DNA of 64,000 bases from an uncultured virus (IMG/VR IMGVR_UViG_3300025769_000004) (taxonomy: Duplodnaviria; Heunggongvirae; Uroviricota; Caudoviricetes; Crassvirales), in IMG/VR virus record IMGVR_UViG_3300025769_000004; one strand, written 5' to 3'. Both the position numbers and the translations under genes were made by a program. This document shows, one piece after another, positions 12,301-21,900 of the stretch. Positions within the stretch are counted from its first letter, which is position 1. Each line of letters opens with the position of its first letter. The notes under the pieces are model-generated. The model did no database searches. It saw only the letters and a program-made list of their open reading frames with translations, and was not told where the DNA came from.

Positions 12301-14541
12301 TTTGATGTAACCACTAGTTCAGGAGTTGTAACAACGTTAACTATAGGAGGAAACTTGTTAAATATAGCTCCTTCATTTACTAACTTTAATGGCAACTTAA
12401 ATCCTACTTCACCTCAAACAATAACTTTTAAAGAAGATTATATTGGTCCTTGGATTATTGAAGCGAATAATGGTACAAGTATTTCATCAAGAGATCAAGA
12501 AGAGTTACTATTTGAAATAGTTAATCAAGCAGAGGTTGGTGGTAGTACTATAAACAATTTCATAATAGACATTAATAATACAGGGAATGTTACTACTGCT
12601 GAATTATCGGTAAATCCTAATAGCTTATTATCAACTGGTGACTACTTCGTTGAGATAAAAGTTACAGACGCTAATGGAGTTGGGTTATCTTCTTTTTTAA
12701 CTGTAAACGCTTTTGTATCCGCTCAAAGCGTTAATGACGGGTTTTTCGGGCCGACAGACAATTATTACAATTTTTCGTTTGAAAATGATTTCAATTTTGG
12801 AACTGTTCCAGAAACCTTACCTTATCTAAATGGAGCAGTTGTACATCTTGGAGATAAAAATACTCCTGATTACTTTAACCCTGATCCACAAAATGTATTT
12901 ACACCTAATCCTTTGACGGTAACTGGAGGGCAGCAATCTCAAGCTTTAGGTATTCCTTGGTTTGGAATGGGTTGGGCAATGAATCCTGTTCCTTCCGAGT
13001 TGATATATCTTTCAAAAAAATGGGACTGGGTCAATGGAAATGCTATGGATTTGGATGGTGGATTAGTTGATGACAATAAAAGAGTTAAATGGGTTTATCC
13101 TTACTATGGGGATCAGCAAGGCACATTAGAGTTAGGTTATCAATCGTTAGATATATGGAGTCAGAACAACCCAACTTACAGAACTAAGAATTGGAAAATA
13201 GGTAGATACAGTCAGCACCCTTGGCCTGTTAATGATCCTGGAGTTGATCTACATCAAGGAACTGTAAACATTTGCGTTGAGTTTGAATTAAAAGTTAGAG
13301 ACTGGAGAAGAACATTAGATGATGTTGGTGAAGTAATACCTGAATGGTTGGCTTTCCTTCAGATTGTTAATATATTTACTAAATACAAGCAATTTCCAGA
13401 ATTATACTGGATATTGAGATCAGCCGTTGACATACAGACTAGAGCTTTAAATCCATCTAGTGGTAATTATTCTGGATGGTCATCAGCTTCTGACATAAAT
13501 TCAAGACCTTGTAAAGAAATATTTAATGGTAATTATCAATCTGCACCTATAGATGCTAACTCTTTGTCAGAGGCTTTTGATAAATCATACCAACAATCTG
13601 TAAAAGCAACAGAAACATCAGAAGCTGACTCAGGTGTGCAGTTGTTTTTCAACGCGCCTAGTCCTCCAGATTTAACTAACAATCAAAGCATATTTACAAA
13701 TCAAGATGTAAGTGGAGGTACTGTTAAAGCTTCGTTTAACTTTGCGTTTGATAACCCTGGGCAGTATAAGGTTTTTATAGCTAATATGGGTTCATTTAAC
13801 AGTTATAGTCCAAATGGACAATTAAATGCTGGGCAAGGAGATGCATCTGCTAACTTAGCTGCAGGTGGTGCTGGTGAAATAAATGGTCAACCTTGGGTCT
13901 TTAGAGGTTCTACTAGAAGCGATAAGCCATTGTACGGTATACCAGGAAGATGGAAAAGCCTTAGAGGAGGGGACATCAGAGCTAGGAAAACTGGATGCAC
14001 TGTTATAGCTAGAGAAAACGGTTCCAATACACAGAACATAAACGCTATCGAAAAGGCTAAATGCAATGTATATGTAGAAGACATAAACTATAGAGATGGT
14101 AATACATTTGTTTTTTATCCATTACTTTTATGTACTGACTACTACGCAACAAGAGAAGCTGCTGAAGGAAACGCGATAGCTAATACATCTGGAGGTGATC
14201 CACAAGGTGCTAATGGTATACAAGTTTTTGCTAAGTATGGACCATTGAGGTATATAGATGGTTTTTATGAAAGAACAGGTACTCCAGGCAACTATTCTTA
14301 TACAAAGTGGCTTCCACCTAGCTTACCAGTACAGGAAGAGGTTTACGTTGCGTATGGCACTAATCCAACCCCACCTGCAGATTGTAATACAGTACTAGAG
14401 AGAGATCATGAATATTCTTGCACATATGACTTTTCAGTACCAGATGATGCCACTAAAAGTAGGGTTTGGACATGTAAGCTAAATGCATTTGGCGAAGCAT
14501 CTCTAAATGAACCTAAAACATTGTACTATTCAAAACAATAA
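9364..14541 (+). CDS. Large tail/DNA-stabilisation (nozzle-like) protein with inserted beta-rich domains
   Basis: 1725 aa; N-terminal MNKDLDDRLIPNGEYRNAVNI and LLFWTDNRNQPRKINI, typical of podoviral stabilisation proteins; cadherin/Ig-like segment near residues 1000-1120. Confidence 0.6.
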   Translation: MAEVKNTFIKSKMNKDLDDRLIPNGEYRNAVNINVSKSEGPDVGAMENVLGNISIEDFGLTSGENISIIGKYMDISNDFIFVFMTDYTDSSPDQLSNFAPSSSKHYVWRYNLRSDQPTLILGPETNTDTRFDFLNFSKTHPIDNVNLIEDLLFWTDNRNQPRKININREVGYYTNEDQISVAKYYPYQPIQLFDEVVTGLTIINSGSGYQTCSNNPNSCGVSMFSNVGQGGSGLTVNITGVTNPSGNFPPTGGVTDLTINTVGNGYVDGQQLALNQKSSSGPPGSGCVVEVSTELQCTMTNKSEEFFALPEIVENSNPNYDSEWEGDIDFLQDKFVRFSYRFQFEDGEYSLMAPFTQPCFIPKQYGYFNSVPSAEPNVDWEINDQEAAYESTIVKFMENLVQEVTFVIPSPVVNPFVNLRIKGIEILYKDSNQGSIRVVDTIKGRSLEDNVFADAFYAYKSEKPYKALPERETTRVYDQVPVRALTQEVAGNRIIYGNYLDRQAYPKNIEYRVGFSDKWQPSNVVYNRPFVTNASVEYPNHSVKQNRSYQVGIVLSDRYGRQSPVILSSSDIPFNPTTGFGGDTIYVPYRNDLNVTGPSYDEAVWKWPGYSLKVLFNNVIATGKVGEWSEKNPLGWYSYKVVVKQQEQDYYNVYLPGLLNGYPSRRLGEGNDKNMVAFTPLINDNINKIPRRLNEVGPNEKLYGSGVLLYGRVTNWWEGFASPEEEVYPGVNYTRQFNIAPGKYDVAVTIGPKSDLSLNDVIPDALMPPYVEVPDSSTSGEFPFYNGSNNPLFASIEPSIELINPNTIPTPAPNTIGVVGYNNGFFKDPLEEDKQWTAFQPQLSIYETAPTESNIDIYWETTSAGLISELNEEIRNGDPTLPFEVEDWNFFLPEDQTLLPTNSYVTDNFYFKNLLGNQITDIVSVSNLLVTDISFPTPTVLNNIFILEYQGGNTARIKLVPNTPLVFLENVNERIFEFTFDVTTSSGVVTTLTIGGNLLNIAPSFTNFNGNLNPTSPQTITFKEDYIGPWIIEANNGTSISSRDQEELLFEIVNQAEVGGSTINNFIIDINNTGNVTTAELSVNPNSLLSTGDYFVEIKVTDANGVGLSSFLTVNAFVSAQSVNDGFFGPTDNYYNFSFENDFNFGTVPETLPYLNGAVVHLGDKNTPDYFNPDPQNVFTPNPLTVTGGQQSQALGIPWFGMGWAMNPVPSELIYLSKKWDWVNGNAMDLDGGLVDDNKRVKWVYPYYGDQQGTLELGYQSLDIWSQNNPTYRTKNWKIGRYSQHPWPVNDPGVDLHQGTVNICVEFELKVRDWRRTLDDVGEVIPEWLAFLQIVNIFTKYKQFPELYWILRSAVDIQTRALNPSSGNYSGWSSASDINSRPCKEIFNGNYQSAPIDANSLSEAFDKSYQQSVKATETSEADSGVQLFFNAPSPPDLTNNQSIFTNQDVSGGTVKASFNFAFDNPGQYKVFIANMGSFNSYSPNGQLNAGQGDASANLAAGGAGEINGQPWVFRGSTRSDKPLYGIPGRWKSLRGGDIRARKTGCTVIARENGSNTQNINAIEKAKCNVYVEDINYRDGNTFVFYPLLLCTDYYATREAAEGNAIANTSGGDPQGANGIQVFAKYGPLRYIDGFYERTGTPGNYSYTKWLPPSLPVQEEVYVAYGTNPTPPADCNTVLERDHEYSCTYDFSVPDDATKSRVWTCKLNAFGEASLNEPKTLYYSKQ

Positions 14542-14544
14542 ATA

Positions 14545-16317
14545 ATGCCAGCAGTAATTGAAGTTAAGTTTTTTAATACATTTCTTTTAAAGAAAATACC
14601 AAGAGCCAATATAGGTGGATCTGTGCCAGAAGGAGAGGTTATTAACGACGGTAGATATCCTGTTTATCCAGGTATACCAGAGTGGGGTGTTGATGGATAT
14701 ATTTGGCCTAATAGCTTGATCTCACCTGTAGACGATATAACTTTAAAATCTTCTTGGTTTATAGAAGAGTCTAGAATTAGAGGTGGTTACAATAATACTA
14801 TAGTTGACTTAGGCGTGAGAGCTTATGCTACACAAAATCAAGAGATAAACGAAAAAAGATTTAACTCATTAATATATTCTGGAGTGTACAATTCTAGAAC
14901 AGGCGTTAATGACACTAACGTTTTTAGTATAGGAGATTCTATAACAAAAAGTTTGGATCCTACTAATGGTTCTATACAGAAAATATATGCAGAAGACACT
15001 AACTTAATAATATTCCAAGAGAATAAAGTTAGTAGAGCATTAATAGATAAAGACGCTATATACTCTGCAGAAGGTGGAGGAGCTGTTACATCTAGCAACT
15101 TAGTTATTGGTCAAATTATTCCTTATGCAGGTCAATATGGAATAAGTAAAAACCCTGAGTCTTTTGCTAAATTTGGGTATAGAAAATATTTCACAGACAG
15201 GAACAGAGGGGTGGTAATGAGACTATCTAAAGATGGCATGACTGAAATATCAAGATATGGTATGACTGATTATTTTAGAGATAATCTAGCTACTATATCT
15301 GAGGATTGGAAACTTAAAAAGCAGTTTTTTGAACTAGATGTAAACAACATCGTTCCTTCCGGTCAATCCGATGTAACTGTGTTTTTACAAGACGATGGCT
15401 GGCCTGTGCTAGGTTCTCAATTGACTATACTCAACACTAATAGTGAGTTAAACTTTACAACGTATGTAGAAAATATAAATCACTTAGGAGGCAATAAGTT
15501 TAATTTAGAGTTAAGTAGAGCTATTATTATATCAACGCCAGGTGATTACACAGGTTCATATTTAAGTTATTATATAAGATCAAAAGTTGTTGGCGGTTAT
15601 GATATACATAATCAGAATTATGTTTTATCATTACAGCCTAATTCTAATTACACGGGTGATGAGAACTATAAAGATATAAACAGCTACGCTACTATAGCTT
15701 TTGACGAAGACATAAATGGTTGGACTAGTTTTTATACTTATAAACCTACATTTATAGATAGTTTAAAAGGTAACTATTATAGCTTTATAGGTAATAGTAT
15801 TTATAAGCATTATAATTTACAAACTAATACAAGGAATTATTTCTACGAAATATATAACGATTCTTTAGTAGACTTTGTTTTTAATCCAAATCCATCTATA
15901 GTTAAAAACTTCCAAACTATATCTTATGAAGGTAATAGTGGTTGGGAAGTTGATGAATTTGCGTCTGGTTTTGAAGGAGTATCTTTGAACATCGATATTA
16001 CTTCATTAACACCTTGGGTGCAACATAGAGATACTACAGCTCAAATACTATCGTATGAATCTGGAAAATATACTAATAAAAATATACAATATAATGCTGG
16101 ATTTGCTAGGAAAGAAAACTTGTATGTAGCTAACTTAGTTAACAATAGTGAACCTAGATATGGTGAAGTTGTATTTGGACCGGACAACTACGGAGGATAT
16201 CCTACCACGGGTATTAAAGGATTTTTTGCAACTGTCAGAATGTCCACAGATCAAACTACAGAAGTTGGTGGTTTGAAAGAATTATTTGCAGCTTCATCTA
16301 AATTCGTTAAATCATGA
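14545..16317 (+). CDS. Tail stabilisation protein, second part (beta-propeller-like)
   Basis: 590 aa; YGISKNPESFA, YFTDRNRGVVMRLS and GWTSFYTY motifs. Confidence 0.55.
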   Translation: MPAVIEVKFFNTFLLKKIPRANIGGSVPEGEVINDGRYPVYPGIPEWGVDGYIWPNSLISPVDDITLKSSWFIEESRIRGGYNNTIVDLGVRAYATQNQEINEKRFNSLIYSGVYNSRTGVNDTNVFSIGDSITKSLDPTNGSIQKIYAEDTNLIIFQENKVSRALIDKDAIYSAEGGGAVTSSNLVIGQIIPYAGQYGISKNPESFAKFGYRKYFTDRNRGVVMRLSKDGMTEISRYGMTDYFRDNLATISEDWKLKKQFFELDVNNIVPSGQSDVTVFLQDDGWPVLGSQLTILNTNSELNFTTYVENINHLGGNKFNLELSRAIIISTPGDYTGSYLSYYIRSKVVGGYDIHNQNYVLSLQPNSNYTGDENYKDINSYATIAFDEDINGWTSFYTYKPTFIDSLKGNYYSFIGNSIYKHYNLQTNTRNYFYEIYNDSLVDFVFNPNPSIVKNFQTISYEGNSGWEVDEFASGFEGVSLNIDITSLTPWVQHRDTTAQILSYESGKYTNKNIQYNAGFARKENLYVANLVNNSEPRYGEVVFGPDNYGGYPTTGIKGFFATVRMSTDQTTEVGGLKELFAASSKFVKS

Positions 16318-17084
16318 ATCTAAACACTATAACAGCTTTAAAAGCAACACTTAGCCAATCTACTCCAGGAAATCTTCAAGTTCCTGGTCAAAACACACCA
16401 GAACAGCAAGCTATAAATAAAGCTATGGGCATCGGAGCTATTGGAGCGGCAGGGCAAATTGGAGTAGGGATAATGGCTATGGGCAAAGCTAACGCTTTGA
16501 ATGGTGAAATATTAAACTATCAAGGCCAAATAAGAGAACTAGAAAATAACAGAGCAGCTATTACAAATGTGTACGACGCTATTAAAGATACTTCTGATAT
16601 GCTTAGCAATCCTTTTGGAAACCTAAGTGTCGCTACGCAAGCAGCTCAAATTCAAATGGATGAAACAGATGTAGCATTGGCAAATACTCTAGATACTTTA
16701 AGATCTAGTGGAACAGGTGCTGGAGGTGCTACTGCTTTAGCTAACGCAGCTGCTGCAAGTAAAAGAAGCGTTGCTGCGAGTATTGAACAGCAAGAAGTTA
16801 ACAATGAGAAACTTAGAGCTCAAGGTGAACAACAATTACAATCCGCCAAACAAGCTGAAGCTCAAAGATTACAACAAGCTAAGGTAGCTGGAGAACAATG
16901 GGTTTTCCAACAAGAAGAAGCTAGGACAATGCAAGCTCTAAATAGAAATCAAGCATTGTTAGATAATACTAAAGCACAGCAAGCTCAATACCAAGCCGAT
17001 GGAATGACTTCAATGGGAAATGCTTTTGGAGGTCTTATGGATATAACTGGAACAGCATTAGGAGCTTCGATGCAAGGTGGTTAA
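16314..17084 (+). CDS. Putative internal virion/ejection protein
   Basis: A/Q/G-rich helical protein with hydrophobic Gly-rich ends. Confidence 0.5.
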   Translation: MNLNTITALKATLSQSTPGNLQVPGQNTPEQQAINKAMGIGAIGAAGQIGVGIMAMGKANALNGEILNYQGQIRELENNRAAITNVYDAIKDTSDMLSNPFGNLSVATQAAQIQMDETDVALANTLDTLRSSGTGAGGATALANAAAASKRSVAASIEQQEVNNEKLRAQGEQQLQSAKQAEAQRLQQAKVAGEQWVFQQEEARTMQALNRNQALLDNTKAQQAQYQADGMTSMGNAFGGLMDITGTALGASMQGG

Positions 17085-17102
17085 TTAATAAATAGTATAT
17101 AA

Positions 17103-18980
17103 ATGGGAACTTACGAAGCGCCAGGCGCTGTTATTGATAAGAGATTTGGGTTAGCATCTGCTGCTATCAGCAAAGGCACAGAGAAATTAAGTGCTAATAT
17201 TAAAGCTAGTTTAACTGAGAAAGCTAAGCGAGATGCTTTAATTGCTAAGCAAGAAGCAGCCGCTTTGGCTAAGTCTGAAGCTAGGTTAGCTAGAGAAAAT
17301 GCTAAAAAGCAAAAAGACTTATTTGATTTAAAGAAAAAAGTTGGTACAACAATTATACCACCAAAAACCTATGGTAATTTTGAGATATATACTGATGCAG
17401 CATCTGGTGCTAAAAAAGTAAGAACTACAAATTTAGATGCTGATAATGATGGGAAACAAGATACAAAAGAAGATCTACAAGGCGGTATGGGTCAAATATG
17501 GGTTGAGCATTTGGAAAACCAAACTAATCTTCTAGCTTCTTTACCTTTTGGAACGGCAGAATATAATCAAGAACTAGCAAACATACAAACAATATTAGAA
17601 TTAGGAAATAACGGTAATGGTATAGTTAATAAAACCGTACAAAACTGGGAAGATTCTTTCGTATATGATAGCGGTGAAAGCAGAATGATACCTAAAACTT
17701 ATGCAACAACAGGAGCTTCTTTAGAAGGTCAGTCAGAAATGCAAAGAGGTTTTAACATAGCATATAGTAATGGTGGTGTTATTAATGGACGAAGAGTAAT
17801 GGAGTATGTTTCTAATGGGTCTAAAGTGGGTTTAGTCTATAAAAACCCTTACTATGATGCGAGTAATGATCCTCCTGAAATGGAAGAGCTTTTTATTAAC
17901 TATAATGAATTATTAGCAAATGGAGCCAATAAAGGATATACTTTATGGGATACTGTGGATGTAGATACTTTTGATAAAAAAATAGATCAGCAATGGGATA
18001 AGTTCTCTGTAGATTACAATGCTACCACACAGAAGATTGTAAATGAATCTGCAACTGTTAAGTCCACTCAAACATTAAAAAGTTATGATGATGCAAATCA
18101 AGCTCTTAGAGAAAAAGTTACATCACCTCAAAATGTTAAGTTAATGCCTATTGACCAAAACTTTTGGCAATTATTAAGAACAAGCTCTGATGAAGCTGTA
18201 TTTGATGGTAGTGATGATATGCGCAATAGAGCAGCTGATTTGTTAGCTACAAGATTAATAGAAACTAAAGGTAAACAAAATAGCGAACTAGTAGCTATAG
18301 TTAATAAAGCTAACAATACTTCAAGTAGTGCTCAAGCTATCAGTCAAAGAGCTACTGTAGAAGGTATCGCAGGTTTTGCCCCGCTTCAAGGTGGTGCTAA
18401 AAATATAACAACAAATGGTAATGCTATGGCTGCTAGTAAAGATGGTGTTGGTTGGGGCGAGCCAGACAGAAAGTATACTGTAGACGAGTTAGATAAATTA
18501 GCAAGATATTACGCTAATTTACAAGGAGCTACTGGAGCTACAGAACTTGGTAAGTTTTTAACAGCAAGCTCTAAGAGTGGTACCGGAAGTTATGTTTCTG
18601 GAGCTGAATTCAAAAGATTAAAAGCAGAGTCAATATTAGACTCGTACAACTCAAAGAACAGTACAAACATAACTAATCCAAGCGCTGCACAAGTAGATGC
18701 TATAGTAGATTGGGGAGTTAACACTGGTAATGCCGCTACTGGCGATACATATTTACCAGAAGCAGTTGGTAATGTTACAAATGAATCTTTATACAATGCT
18801 AAGAAGAATGGTAAAGAACAAATAAACATGAACAAGGATGCTATTTTAAAAGCTATGTTAGATCAAGTGGAAACACCTGCTAACGCTGCTAAAATACTGC
18901 AACTTAAATCTGCCTTAGGCGGTCCTAATTATATAGCACAAGAAACTGATTACGAAACCGAAGCTCAAAACTTCGCTTAA
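17103..18980 (+). CDS. Putative internal virion/ejection protein
   Basis: 625 aa with an N-terminal coiled coil, just upstream of the giant gene. Confidence 0.45.
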   Translation: MGTYEAPGAVIDKRFGLASAAISKGTEKLSANIKASLTEKAKRDALIAKQEAAALAKSEARLARENAKKQKDLFDLKKKVGTTIIPPKTYGNFEIYTDAASGAKKVRTTNLDADNDGKQDTKEDLQGGMGQIWVEHLENQTNLLASLPFGTAEYNQELANIQTILELGNNGNGIVNKTVQNWEDSFVYDSGESRMIPKTYATTGASLEGQSEMQRGFNIAYSNGGVINGRRVMEYVSNGSKVGLVYKNPYYDASNDPPEMEELFINYNELLANGANKGYTLWDTVDVDTFDKKIDQQWDKFSVDYNATTQKIVNESATVKSTQTLKSYDDANQALREKVTSPQNVKLMPIDQNFWQLLRTSSDEAVFDGSDDMRNRAADLLATRLIETKGKQNSELVAIVNKANNTSSSAQAISQRATVEGIAGFAPLQGGAKNITTNGNAMAASKDGVGWGEPDRKYTVDELDKLARYYANLQGATGATELGKFLTASSKSGTGSYVSGAEFKRLKAESILDSYNSKNSTNITNPSAAQVDAIVDWGVNTGNAATGDTYLPEAVGNVTNESLYNAKKNGKEQINMNKDAILKAMLDQVETPANAAKILQLKSALGGPNYIAQETDYETEAQNFA

Positions 18981-18992
18981 TTATATAATATA

Positions 18993-21900
18993 ATGTACAA
19001 ATTTAACGACAAAACTTATACGACTGAAGCATTAAGTAATATTGCTAGCGTAAAAGGATATTCATTAGACGAATTACTTGCTAAAAACCCAAGTATAGTA
19101 TTAGAAGAAAATGCAGTTGATGATGAAAACACTGATGAGTCGGGAAAGCCAACAGGTGTTCAGGAAAAATCCAATGTTCCTGCAGCACCAGTCAATACGG
19201 TTTCCGATTCGGAAAACACTTCATTGGATACTCCTACGCAAGACAAGCCAGTACCTGTAAAGGAATTACTAAAGCTTCCTAAGAACGATTGGAAACAAGA
19301 GAATTGGGATGAGTGGATAGTAATGCTGGAGAATGAAGGTAGTAAAGAAGCGAAAGAAAAAATAAAAGAATATAAATTTGCTAAGGAAAATTATTTAATA
19401 TATAACCCACAAGGCAAAAAAAGATTTGAATTAGTAGAAGATGTAAAACCTAGTGATCCAACACAAAGAGATTTAGATATAGCTAGCGGTGGGACAAGTA
19501 GTGTTATTACAATGGCTAATGCTTTAGTAGCAGGAGAAAACGGAGAGTTTTTTGAAGAACAAAACTATAGATTAACAAGAACTCCTTCTTTCGATTTTGG
19601 AAGACAACGTTACCAAGAGCTATATGAGAAGAACTATAACTTAGAAGAAGTAGACCCTATAGATGACGAGTGGATGCGTTCATATAGAGATAAGAGAAAA
19701 GCTATAGCGGATGAAGATGCTGATTTAGAAAGTGTGTATTTAACGAATCAAAAGGAACTACTACAACAAGCGTCTTTTGAAAGTTTCTTAAGACCTACAT
19801 TAACAAACACATTAAATGGGCAAGAGTCAGATGAATTAACAACTTCAGGTAGCTTCCAAGACGATGAAGAAACTGTATTTAATAGATCAAATTCTATAAA
19901 CACGAATAGCTTAGCATCGTTAAATTATTTATCTAGACCTGATGATGGATCTTTACTAACAAGTGAAGGTGATAGTTTCTGGCAAGAGGTAGAAATGCCT
20001 TCTGGTTTTGGAGAACTCATAGAGGGATTAAGATCTGGAGAGATAAAAGAAGTATCTCAAGTGGGTCAAGAAGATGGATTTTTTGATGATGAGGTTAACG
20101 TAGTAATGAAAGATGGAACTACTAAATCTATGCCTGTGGGAGACATAGGAGAATTTAACGATGCTATTCTTAAAGCTTATAACGCACCACAAAATCAATG
20201 GATATTAGATGGTGACGCAAACCTAGGTGGTCAGAAGACTAGATTCAACGTATTGAAGAGTAACTACGACTTATTGAATGAATACACCGTAGACATAGAT
20301 GATAAGAAGAAATTAAATAATCTAGTAAAAGCTGAAAACATAATATTAGATGAAGAAGATATTATAGCAGAAACATATCTAAAAGGTGAGTATAAAAAGC
20401 TTCATGAAGAATTAAAGCCTATACAGGATCAAATAAGAGCTATTGGATTAAAAGCTAAATCAAATGAAGATTTTAGAAATGCAGATGCTAACAGGAACAA
20501 TATACAAGATTGGGTAGAGCAAAAGCAGAAATTAGTTGAAAGTTATAATCAGAAAAGAAGTGAACTTGATTTTAACAGCTCTGAAAACTGGGATCAAAAC
20601 AGGTTAAAAAGTACACCTAAATTATATGATCTAACTACTGGTCAATTTATAGATAAAAACAAAGCTTCAAAGGAATCTATTGAGATAAACAACGGTATTA
20701 ATTTCGCTGCTCAAACATTATCTTTTAATAGCGAACCTGCAGATTTAGAAAGAGCTAGGCATGATGCTATGAGTGAAGTTGTATATTTAGGTGGTCAACT
20801 GTTAAAAGTTATTGACAGGTACTCTGAAGATATGAGTATGGGAGATCAAATTGCAGGAGCGTTTGTTGGAGGATACGATCCAGAATCAGACATAGATCAA
20901 ATTGTTGATAGAAAGTATTTGTTTGAAAAGTTAAGGGAGATGTACAATACTGGTATTATACCAGAAGGTTTAGTTTTAGCTGAAGGAAAAAATAATCTAG
21001 CAGCACAGCGGTATAACAAGGCATTGCAAGACTTTATGGTTATCAATAAAGCTCTAGAGTTAAATATTGATGAAAGAAAACTAAAAACATCGCACTGGAC
21101 TGATTATTTAGCGGCTGGTACTAGAGATGTTATGGGTACATCTAATATATCAGAGCCAAATGAAATAATAAAAGCTGCTATGGAAGGTTATCAAAGGTTT
21201 GGTATAATGCCAGACTACGATGATATATATACTATGGCAGACATAGACAACCCTGGTTATGGTGAAAGATTTCTTAGAGCAGCTCCAGGTATAATAGAAA
21301 TGGCTGGAAAATTTTATCTAGCTGGTGGAGCAGTTAGCAGACTATCTAGTTCTGCTGGTATGACTGAAGGTTTAGGTTCTTTTATTACAACTGGATTAAA
21401 CCAAACTAAGATGGGTAGATCTATGTTTGGTAGAAGATGGACGCAAATGATGGGAATGGGCGTGCAAGAGGCTGCTACTATAGGTGGTTATAACATGATG
21501 TCTTCAGATGAGCAAGATATAAACTACGCTTTTGTACTAGGTTCTGCACCAATAAACTCATTATATAAAGATTTTTTAAAGTATTCTCATGGCTTAAGTT
21601 TAGTAAAGCCGGACAAAATATCAAACATGTTAGCTAAAGGGTTTCAAAGAAATCCTTTAACAGCAACCGGTGTAAGACAATTAGTAGCTCCTGCAGTATC
21701 AACAGTGGCAATTGCTGGAGGTGGACAAGTAGAAAGCTTAGTGCTAGGTGAAGGAGTTAATCTAAATGCTCTGTCTTTTGAAAGTTTGTCTGATACATAT
21801 CTTCAAATGTTTTTCTTAAAAAATATTAATCCACAAGCCACGATAGGTGAATGGAAAACGGCTTTGATGAAGAACTTAGCTAAGAAAAGTAAAACATCTA

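Noticed and set aside
7444..16317. Four consecutive structural ORFs in the same frame, suggesting stop-codon recoding or readthrough
   Set aside because: All separators are TAA followed by a fresh ATG in an A-rich context; ORFs are long under the standard code and no suppressor tRNA is seen.
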